From: Selaginella moellendorffii
Taxonomy: Eukaryota; Plantae; Lycopodiophyta
NCBI RefSeq assembly: GCF_000143415.4
Contig: NW_003314359.1
Coordinates: 343,477 to 407,476 of the forward strand
Direction: 5' to 3'
Length of the DNA stretch: 64,000 bases
The notes under the pieces were generated by a model, which was not told the DNA's origin, did no database searches, and saw only the letters and a list, made by a program, of their open reading frames with translations. Below, piece after piece: positions 50,501 to 60,907 of this stretch; position 1 is the first letter of the stretch, and each line of letters begins with the position of its first letter. The translations under genes were made by a program, and so were the position numbers.

Positions 50501-51619
50501 AACCGCTGCCCCCCTCCGGGAAGCCGCTAAGATGTGCAAGGTGGATCTTGAAGGCGGACGCTGTCTCTACCACAAGTGCCAGTCCATATTCTTGCATGGA
50601 ACTGCATGGAGTGTCTGTCACTTGGATGAGGATCCCCATGCATTCTTTTCTCCCACCATCTGTGTTGTACAGCCTTAGATCCTCGCCTTCCATCCCGAAA
50701 GTCCAACTGGTGAGCTCTTCCCCCTTCTCTGCATCCACATTGACAGTGGCTGGAAGAAGAACGCAATTCCTCGCCTGTTCAGAAATGCACAACAATTAGA
50801 GCTGACAGATGAAAAGCTAGCAGCTAGAAATAACGTGAGGCCACACACCATTCACCACTGCATCAGATGTCTTGAGGCTGCATCCTAAGATGGCGTGAGG
50901 CTACACGCCATCTGTAACCGGACTGCACTCGAGAGCCCAATCGGTGCATGCCAATGTTGCTACTGAATGGCATGTGGCCTCATGCCATTTTCCACTTGGC
51001 CTAAAAGACTTACCATTTGAAGCCGAATGGAGGCGTGACAATCGAGGCCGGACTCGCTAGCGAATGTGCACTGTGTGTGTAGCGGATCTTAGCAGCAAGG
51101 CTACTCTACCACTTACAGTTGGAGAGTGGCGTTGAAATCTCCCGGGACGCCAAGTGGGCTGCGTGTGGGTGGCGGAGTGGGCGGCAGAGTTGGCGGCAAA
51201 GTTACAAACTGGGTGTGTCTTGAAGTGGACGCCGATGCACACGAGAAACCTGTAGAGAAGGTAGATGAGCGCGAATGTGAGCGTGATCGCGATGGGGAGC
51301 GCGAGTGTGCGAGCGCGAGTACGATGCAAAACCTAACCTCACACTCGCGAAATGTCACGACGGTTGGTAATCCCGCAACGTCATCATTCCTCGGACTTGG
51401 GCGCCACCATTAATTTTTGGATCGCCGCGCGCATGCATGCACGTGAAATCCAAAAGAAATCCGCAACGTCATCATTCCTCGGACTGCATGCACGCGAAAT
51501 CCAAAAGAAAGATCATGATTGGGATATCATTTAATACCCTTGCTATATTTATACCATGCATGATTGGATATTCCAAAGCATCTTGTATTTCCAAAAATGC
51601 CAGATGTTCAGCTAAATAA

Positions 51620-53542
51620 AGAATGGTATACAATGTCCTTCTTGATGACCCTGCAAAGAAGCATCTCAATCGGACACCACATGAGACCACATGAGCCTTA
51701 CAATGTTTCAGGGGCATTTGCCATAGATCCGACCGTTATTTTGCTCCAAGATTCTACAGTTTGGTGTGCATTGACCTTTCCATCGACACTGCAAAGGGAC
51801 ATCACAATAAGATGCGGGATCACAAGAAACCAACTTCACTAACTCTGGTTTCACCAAAATCTACGTAAGGAGTTATGAAATGAAAGGACCCTCTCTATTG
51901 AAATGTGTTTATGGTCCTGACATATCAAAGGATTTTGCATCAAGTTCTGTATTTGCATGTTTATCAAGCTACTAAATTGCTAAACCCTAAACCCTAAATA
52001 TGTGGCAAATGCTGCGTGAAGAAAGATGCCCTTTCTGGGCAAATGCTTTAAGAGGCAGATGCCGAGTAGTTACACGGCGAATAATCTTGGTGCGGATCGC
52101 TGACATGGCATGGCAAAGTTTGAATCACTGACATGGCACAGCTGGATCGAGGCAAGGACATGATGTGACAAAGTTCAACGTCCGACAGCAAAGTCTAGAA
52201 GCTACTCAGTTTGAAATTTGTCAGAGGAATTATAAGATCTGGTTTGTCAGAGGATTTGATGTGACGTTCAAGCGTGTGGGCTCATGCAATTTTGATCCCA
52301 AAAAATGCACCAAAAAATGCTTGGCGTCATCTGGCGTTATCTCTTGAATGGCGTGGGGCCGCATGCCATTTTCAGGGGCACATAGGAGTATATTCCTAGA
52401 ATATTCTAACACATGCGAGATTTTTTTGAGTTTTCTGGAGATCCAACCGTTAGATCGCAACTAGATTTTACAGAATGGTATACAATGTCTTTCTTGATGA
52501 CCCTGCAAAGAAGCATCTCGATCAGACACCACATGAGACCACACGAGCCTTACAATGTTTCAGGGGCATTTGCCATAGATCCGACCGTTATTTTGCTCCA
52601 AGATTCTACAGTTTGGTGTGCATTGACCTTTCCATCGACACTGCAAAGGGACATCACAATCAGATGTGGGATCACAAGAAACTAACTTCACTAACTCTAG
52701 TTTCACCAAGATCTACGTAAGGAGATATGAAATGAAAGGACCCTTTCTATTGAAATGTGTTTATGGTCCTAGGGGCATTGTGACATATCAAAGGATTTTG
52801 CATCAAGTTCTGTATTTGCATGTTTATCAAGCTACTGAATTGCTAAACCCTAAACTCTAAACCCTAAACATGTGGCAAATGCTGCGTGAAGAAAGATGCC
52901 CTTTCTGGGCAAATGCTGTAAGAGGCAGATGCCGAGCAGATGTATCTCAGGCTAGCGAAGGGGACAAACGAAAGTTAGCTATAAACATGATGGGATGCAA
53001 ATAGATTACTAGGCTGGTCCTGCGAAAATCAAAAACCATAATTGAAAATATTGAAAATGCAAAAAGAAAGGTTTATAATATTTTTGAATTTTAAGCAACC
53101 AAAGGAATGTAAGTAGGGCATGTGTTTGTAAGTTTAAAAATGCCTCAACCACTTAAATTCCCAAGTAAATAAAGCTGTTTCTATTTTTGGTACAGGTAAA
53201 CTTTATAGCGTGTGGGCTCATGCAATTTTGAACCCAAAAATGCACCAAAAAATGCTCGACTAGCATTATTCTTTGAATGGCGTGTGGCCTTATATTGCCA
53301 TAAATGGACATACACACACAGCATAATTATTCCTTTACATGGTGAATAATCTTGGCGCGGATCGCTGACACGGCATGGCAAAGTTCGAATCACTGACATG
53401 GCACAGCTGGATCGAGGCAAGGACATGATGTGACAAAGTTCAACCTTCGACAGCAAAGTCTAGAAGCTACTCAGTTTGAAATTTGTCAGAGGAATCATAA
53501 GATCTGGTTTGTCAGAGGATTTGATGTGACGTTCAAGCGTGT
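51620..53542 (+). repeat. Internal duplications between the divergent genes of the DNA transposon
   Basis: Block A about 51620-52065 = 52472-52936; block B about 52080-52278 = 53345-53542; block C about 52271-52355 = 53207-53290. Confidence 0.85.
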
Positions 53543-54163
53543 GTTATTTTTGAATTCTTGAACTCATTCCTAGGTCTATCATTTTTGTGTGCCGTGTTCT
53601 TGGTTCCGCTGAGCGCAGTGAGCGCTGCTTGTGTAAGCGGCGTTGTGAGCTGTGGTTTATGCGTCTACAAGCGGTTGCGGCATTGCAAGCGCCATTGCGA
53701 GCGGTAGTTTATGCGAGTGGCAGTTTGTGCGAGCGGCGCTACGAGCAGTTGCGGTGTTGCGAGCGGCACTACGAGTAGTTGCGGTGTTGCGAGCGGCACT
53801 GTCTTTGGTGTGGCTACCGCTTCCTCTTGATATTCGGCACTTGTGCTTCATGGTATGTTCACCATGGAATGGCTTAGGACCACATTTAGAAATGGCATGA
53901 GGCCACATGCCATCTTGGGCCCTTGCAATTTCATGGCTAGCGTATTGTCATGTATGTTTTTACTTGCCTGCAGCTGTGTGTATATCAAGATGGCATGAGG
54001 CCTCATGCCAATTTTGTGAATGCGAAATTTCACGTGGGTGTCAATAGCATGTTTGAATAATGGCATGTGGCCTCATGCTATTGAGGTTGTTTGGTATGTT
54101 ATGATTTAGGCCATTCTCCAATCATTTTTTGTATGGTCTTAACTTCTTTTCTGCACTTTCAGA

Positions 54164-57100
54164 ATGGCCTTCAGGGTTGGGGAAAAGGTTTATATTTTGA
54201 ATGGTGGGAAGAGAGTTGCAAAAAGGACCCTTGTGTCTATGGATCAGAACTTTGTTATACACTGTCAAAGGCTTGGGGAAGGCAATGCTACTGTATCAGT
54301 AGAGACTGTCTTCGATGGGAATGTGGTCGCTATTGAACGAGGAGAGATGGTCGTCGGGGTAAATGTTGTTGTTGCCTTGAAAAATCTTCAGAAGAAAGCA
54401 GATGTTGGGGACAGCGCAAGTGCGACGCATGTTCCCTCCGTGGATCTTAAGAACCGTGCTATATGGATTTAGGCAAAGGTGTTTCTAAACAACCCCGAGG
54501 GGGAGGTGGTAGCTGAGGGCTTAGCCACAGTTGTCGATCCAAGAGATGCGGTTGCTAATCAAGAATTGGGCTGGGATGATATTGGAGTTGCGATTTTAGA
54601 GGTTGTTGACACAGAAGAAAATAGTCTAACTATTGGAAGCATTGTGTGGTGGAAATTGAGGCACTTAGTGTTTGAGAATGTGAAGGATTCACAATCAAAC
54701 ACCACTACAACTGATGACAGAACATCTCTTCATGGGAAAAGAAAGTACACCTTCCAAAAGCGCAGCCAAAGGGATCTGAGCAACGAACCGAAAAGGCAGA
54801 AAATGGCGATGGAGGTTCGAATGGTCTTGACAGTTGCTTGTTGCAAGAGGAGGTGCTGTCAACATGCTGATTGGGATGCTATTGAAGAGGAGAGAGCAAG
54901 ATACAAGACATTGTCCTGGAAGGCAGCTCGCAATTTTGTGTATGAGGCATTACGGTCATCTGTTGATGCTTCAGAACATTAGGTGGGGGGCATGGTCTTC
55001 CAGAGGGGTTTGGTCTACATGAAGGCATGGAGAATCATTTATGGAGTCCCTTGAACCACATTCTATAGAATCAAAACTGAGTTCGAGGAACAAAGGGTTC
55101 AACAGGCAGTCCATGGGAACGATGGTACGCACAAAACCAGAGGTCATGTTGTATATGGAGAGGCAATCTTCAAGAGGTTTGTCGAGACATATAGCGAGTA
55201 GCAACCACATAAAACCCGCCTCTTGGAAGATGAAACACGAGACACCCAACAAGTTCTCCCTTCCATGTATACCAAGGGGGCCATATTGGAAGATGTGAAT
55301 CGGGAACTCTAGAGTAATGGCTACAGGAAGCTGAGCCAATCTAAATTTAGTAGATTGTGGAGCAACAGGTTCAGGGATGTGAGTATAGGAAAGTACTCCA
55401 GCTTTTCAAAGTGTCATGAGTGCACTGCTATCAAAATGGCTTTGTCGAAGAATTCTTGCAGTGCTCAAGAGCGAGAGACGTTGGTTAGAAGGTGGCTCGA
55501 CCACAACATCGAGCAGAGAAGCTACAGAACTGCATATTATCATAACAGGATTCTCTCCATGGAGAGACTTGACTCTTACCTCTACATCATCCACGACAAA
55601 ATGGACCAGAAAAAGACGTGCTTACCTCGACTCAATCCTGCCCCCAAGGCAATCTCTTCATCCATGCAGCTGCCTGTGTCTCTGTTTGGCATAATCGCTC
55701 ATGGGCATGGTGCCCAGAACTATGGGAACTTCTTTGTACCTCTATGGGGTGGCGGGGGTGCAAACATGATGATTGCGTCCCTAGCAAAACACTTAAGGTC
55801 TCTGCAAAGTGCGCAGACTGAGCTGAACGGCCAACCCTTGCATAAGGCCCTTGTTGATCGAACCCCATATAGGGTTCAGCTGGAGGAGGAGCAAAGGCTT
55901 GCAGTATCGCGTGGGGCCCCATGCCATCCCAGTGAATATGTTGGCCCTCAGATTGTAGGGTTATCACGTGAGGCCTCATGCCATTCCGATGAGGCTGGTC
56001 TCCCGGTGAATGCACAGCCTCATCCAAACGAAGCAGAATCTCAAGGAAGTTCTTGTGGCCGATGTGGCCTTCCACCCCATCTTCTGCTCCAAACAGACAA
56101 TGCTGGCAGTGAGAACAAAAACATGTACGTCTTCGCGTACTTGGCGATGCTTGTTGCCAAAGGCATATTTGAAACGGTTACACTTGGCTTTCTCATGGTT
56201 GGGCACACTCATGAAGACGTCAATGCCATGTTTAGTCACCTGGCAGAGTCCCTCCGGCGATCCAATGTCCTCACCCTCCCACAACTCTACGATGAATTCC
56301 AAAATTGTATCAAAGGCACTGTTGAAGCTGCACTTGTGACAGAGGTTCCAGACTTTAAGGGGTTTGTAAGAGGCTACATCAGGGACGGATCCGAAATGCT
56401 AATTGGCCACTCCAAGCCTCTTCAGTTTCATTTCAGCATGCGTGACAATGCTCCAGTGATGAGGTACAAGATGAGAGAATGGGACACAGTGTGGCTGCCA
56501 GTGGACGGCATTGAACTCTTCAAGAGAGATCCCATAACTGGGGAACCTATGATTCCTCAGGGTTCCCCACGGCCGATGCACCCGGATGGACTCAAAGACC
56601 AGGAAAGTATAGTGGTCGGGATTAGACAGCATATTGCCTTTTGGAAGAGGGGGTTGGTGTTTGGTGGAGAATCCTATTTTAAGAGGTGCAAGCCTTTGCT
56701 CGAATACTGGGAGAAGATTATATCTGCTATCCAAAATGGGCCGGTTGTATATGAAGAATTGGAAGAGTCCTTTTGGCCAGAACCCAGAGCACCAGATAGT
56801 AGCGGAACAATGTCCTCTGGAAATGCAGTGACAGATAACGATGTTGAGGATCACTATTGTGGGCTGAGGAACAAGAAGCCGGATTCAGCATTCAATCCAG
56901 TACAAGTCTGCAAAGGAATGGTCGTGCTTGTCAGACCCAGTAATAAAAAACAAATGATATGGGTGGGGCGCTGCATCACTGATATAGAGGAGGACGCGGA
57001 AACTAACTCCTTCAATGTAACTGTGGAGTGGTTCAAGCCAAGTTCCGGATATACGAAGGATTGCCTAGAAAAGAGATGGGTGCTGAATCCAAGGGATCCT

Positions 57101-57305
57101 AGCATGAGCATATCGGTGGATAATGTTGTGCATGGTTGGATGCCGAAGCAGAGTGCCACCATCACCTTGCCAGACCATGCAAGAGATGTAGCAAGAGCAT
57201 TCATAACCCGGGTTCAAGGTGAGATTCATTAATATTCCTTTACTAAGTTTCTAATGTATTTTATTTCAAGGTGAACAATCCGAATCTGAATCAGAGGAGG
57301 CGTGA
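54164..57305 (+). pseudogene. Sola-like (DUF7869-type) DDD transposase with five in-frame stops
   Basis: ORFs 54164, 54479 and 55355 share one frame, broken by stops at 54470, 54980, 55052, 55199 and 55310. Motifs: CCKRRC, AWRIIYG, HGN, FSRLWSNRF..V.I.KYSSFSKCHEC, IHDKMDQ, LQTDNAGSENKN, FLMVGHTHEDVN. A probable short last exon lies at 57271-57305. Confidence 0.85.
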
Positions 57306-58839
57306 TGGCATGTGGCCTTACGCCATTCCTAGGTGAGATGATACAAATAACAAGTATAAATTCTTAGTTGTTCTAGCAAATCTTACTTAAAGTTCAAGGT
57401 GAACAAGCCAAATATAAATTCATCGGATTGTTATAACAAATTGCGAGGTGATGGCATGAGGCGATACGCCATTTGAGAGTGGTAGCCATTCCTATATGAG
57501 GTGAGTGAAATATTTATTAGAAATACCTCATTCAATTGTGCACTTCTAAGTCTTGGTCCACTCAGTACTGTTTGTATGTTTCTATTTTAATTCTTTCTCT
57601 AAAATGTTATTTAGCATGTGGCTTCATGCCATTGCTCTCCACAATCATGCATTGAATTTTTCTATCCTTGCATAATACTTCTCCATATATATAGCATGTG
57701 CGCACATGTGATATGGTTCATTAGGCCTGATATAGTGTGTGAGGTAAAACAAAGATGATGTGACATATGCATTTATCAATCACACGTGCATAAATCTAAT
57801 AATATGGCATGTGGCCCATATTAATGGCACATAAACCCATATTGTGGGCTTACGTGCTTTATGTACCATCATTCCTTTGCAACGTGTGTGTTGGTTTCCT
57901 TTTATAACACAACGAACTCCATATTTTAGGGTGAAGAGCGTTCTCATGGCAAGCACAAAATCTGTAAGTGAGGCAGAAAAGGAGACGGAGAAGGAGATAG
58001 GTGAAGATGTAGAATATATAAGTCTTCCAAACTCCCCATACTATACTCCAGGTGATCATTTTTCTGAACAAACGGCAACATTAACAACTATCGAGAACGC
58101 CCCAGTAACGTCAGAGACAACAATCCAAAGCAAAACAACTGACCCGGAGAAGGATGATAATACCACTGAGAGTACCAAAAAGGAGGTGTCCACTAGCGCT
58201 TAGGCTTATAATGGCGTGTGCCCTCATGCCATTTACTTGATCATCAAATACCTTTTTCCCTTTGCACTAGTATATTTTAATACCGGTCTGAGAAATAGAA
58301 TGGCATGTGCCCTCAGGCCTTTTACTAAATCAACTTTGAAAGAAATGCAAGCCTCTATGTCGTAAAAAAAAGGTACTAGAGAAATTCCTTAATAATATGA
58401 ATGTTATTTAGTTTCATGAAAATACACTAAGGGTCAAATGAGTTAAATGACTTCTCCAGACTAGCAATGCCTCTTGCTACACCTTCACAATTAGATTCGT
58501 TAGAAAAAGATAACATTGAATAATATCTAAATGTTCTCACCATTAAGTTATATGTCTGGCTAATAGGAATGACGTTCATCTTGGAAAGCTCACCACACGC
58601 TTAATGAACAAACAAATAGTGTGTGCGTGCATGCCATCGCTCTTCTTTAGCTTCAGATTCGGCTTGTTCACCTTGACAATGAGATTTATTATACAACCAG
58701 ATGAACTCAGTCTGGACACAAAGTCACCGCACTAGTCACCATGCCCCAGATATGTCTAGCCCCTGGACAAAAAACATATAATTTCACGTCATTTTCAAAT
58801 ACTTGAAAATTTGTACCTAGTCCCATTTTACTGAATAAA

Positions 58840-58863
58840 TCCCACTTTAACGAAATAGAGCTT
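58840..58863 (-). repeat. Right terminal inverted repeat
   Basis: tcccactttaacgaaatagagctt, followed by TATA. Confidence 0.9.
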
Positions 58864-60426
58864 TATAATACAATATCTCATGTTATTTTGTATAATCTTC
58901 CTCCCACAACTGAATATGATCTTGTCCTCAAGACAAATTGTTGCATTAGTCAAAAGTAGTGTATTAACTTGGTATCTTTGCTATTATTAAGTAGTAGTAG
59001 TTCAAGTTGGTTAAGTATAGACTCATAAAATGTTAAAGTCAGAAAAGTTGGATATCCATATTGTACTTTAGTTGTTCACTTGTTATGATGTGGCTAAGAT
59101 ATTTAGTTTATTCATATTGCTTGCTAAGTTTATAGATGATTTCAAAGTTATAATCTTGAAGAAATAAAAACTATAAAGCAATTTTGTTGGTAAGGATGAT
59201 TTTGTTAAAAAGGTGTAGAAGTGCTTTATGGTCCACTATGATCTTCACTTTATTACCATGTAGGTAATGTCAAAACTTCTAGAATGTGTAAACCATTTTG
59301 AGAACTTTTTATATGATGGTAATAGTTCATCTCAACTGAATTAAATGTTTGGTTGGTATAGTGGATTGGTTGATTTTTAAAAAAAATTTTTGTTGTGAAT
59401 GAATCTGTCGCAAATGTGACTTCGGGTATCAAAAGTTATCTGTCGGCCAGTCCTTATGGACACTCTTTTCTTACTGCCACGATGGCAGAAGGTTATTGCT
59501 GGACCCTTTATTAGTCCCTCTTGTTCAAGTGTTAGTAAACTGGGCTTAGTATCTGTACTTAGCCAGATGAGCATAAGGAAGGAATTTCTAAGTGTCTATT
59601 TAGTTGAGCATACTCGGCCCGGCTTGTTAGTTCTCTTTTGCTCTATCTTGCACTAGTTTGACAAAAACCCTTGTGTATTGAGACTAATCCCTCAATATTG
59701 TTGAATAATAGCTTATAATGTCTGCCAAACACCCTCGCTATCATGCCCTTTGTGTTAGTCTCATTTTGGTCCCAAATGCTATTTATGGAAAGTGTCTAGA
59801 TTTGCTCATTTGGCATATCTACAGAATGTAGAAATTGGCTTGAACATAATGGTGTTTGTCCCGTGTCTAAATTTGTAATCTAGTGCCATTCCATATTTAG
59901 TAAGTTTCAAGCTTGTCCCAAAGACTAACTCCTGATACTAAGGAAGGCTTGGGGTGAAAAGCCAAACCATGTGTTCCCCCAATTCTTGCCACATTCCTGA
60001 CTCTCGCCAGATTCTTGACCTGCAGACCACATTCCTGACTCTCAAGACACTTCCCTATTCTTGACTCTCGATTTCCCGTATGATTCCTAAGTCTCAAGCC
60101 ACATTCTTGATGATGATGTGGCACCTCCTCAACCTCAACTATATTTAGGCCATCCTCGATCCAAGAGTGGTGGAGCTTCATCAACCTATAATATATATAG
60201 GTTAGCTTTGTTCCATTTCTCCACAATCTGAATCAACACCAGTTTAAGGCTTTTTCTTCGTTATTCACTAGCTTTTCTCTTTGTCTTTTGCATTTTCCAG
60301 TCCTGATCTTGTTGGAGGTCTTGACAATTTGATTCAAATTGTGTTTTTTTCGTTTTTTGCTTTAGCTCCTTTTGATTGTTTGACTGCCTTTGCCTTTTAT
60401 CCCCCTTTTTTCTTTTTTCTTTTCCA

Positions 60427-60907
60427 ATGGAGTCTCCAAGCCATCCTGATTTCTTTGCCGAAGTCCTTGCAAAAATCCAGTCTGAGAATACCAAGCTGAA
60501 GGGGACCCTTCTTCGCATGCAGCAGGAGCTTGCTTCACTTTCGGCTCAAGGATCCAGCAAAGTTCCTGAACCGAAGATGAGTTTCCCGGTGAAATTTTCA
60601 GGGAAGCGTTTGGAGCTTCGCGGGTTCCTGAACCAGATGGAGCTGATCTTCGCACTTCAACATCGGCGGTACCCCACTCCCGAGTCTCAAATCGGTGCGA
60701 TTGGGACCTTGCTCGAAGGTGCAGCTTTATCATGGTTTTCTCCTCTCCTGGAGAAGAGCATGAAAGGGGTTGTGGTTCCGGAGCTGATGGATCTTCAATT
60801 GTTCAAAGAGAAACTTGAAGCATATTTTGGTGAAATGGATCGGGTTTGGGCTGCCACCACAAAGATGAGACGTCTCTCTCAAGGGTTTCGTCCTGCCTCG
60901 ATCTATG
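60427..60907 (+). mobile_element. gag: Ty3/gypsy gag (Retrotrans_gag, PEG10/RTL1-like), interrupted by an LTR insertion
   Basis: PEPKMSFPVKFSGKR..LRGFLNQMELIF...YPT...LLEGAALSWF...FKEKLEAYFG...MRRLSQG..PASIY; cut at 60908 by TGTGAGACAC. Confidence 0.88.

Larger units (their letters stand above)
43623..51016 (-). pseudogene. Transposon cargo gene: ParB/Srx-like + beta-class amino-MTase-like + acidic linker + FCP1/HAD-like; about 12 exons, disrupted
   Basis: ATG|GT at 51016-51013 splices in frame to ARNCVLLP (50774). Mostly phase-compatible GT-AG introns link all pieces down to YCIVFDLNGVL. Premature stops at 49960, 48577 and 45448 read through in frame. Frameshifts near 50245, 47590 and 44000. 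The solo LTR interrupts an exon. Confidence 0.7.
43567..58637. repeat. Dispersed 22-bp palindrome family ATGGCRTG-N6-CAYGCCAT (about 27 copies, some degenerate)
   Basis: Starts at 43567, 44643, 44718, 47729, 47920, 48061, 49554, 50830, 50890, 50967, 52269, 52348, 53205, 53277, 53892, 53990, 54060, 55906, 55963, 57305, 57451, 57611, 57691, 57804, 58211, 58300, 58616. Confidence 0.92.
43181..58863. mobile_element. Large TIR DNA transposon (Sola-like/DUF7869 DDD transposase) with a cargo gene
   Basis: TIRs AAGTTCTATTTCGTTAAAGTGGGA (43181-43204) and the reverse complement of 58840-58863 match 23/24. TATA flanks both ends (43177-43180, 58864-58867). The element contains a transposase ORF and an element-restricted palindrome family. 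Confidence 0.88.

Noticed and set aside
57844-58203. 119-aa ORF in the transposon subterminal region
   Set aside because: Low-complexity, with no motif; could be a small third gene remnant but unsupported.
43567-58637. Palindromic repeats as a CRISPR-like array
   Set aside because: Spacing is irregular (about 60 bp to 3 kb), there are no uniform spacers and no cas genes, and the context is eukaryotic.
59874-60225. Possible 5' LTR of the interrupted gypsy element (TG...CA)
   Set aside because: No partner LTR or clear PBS in the window to confirm the boundaries.
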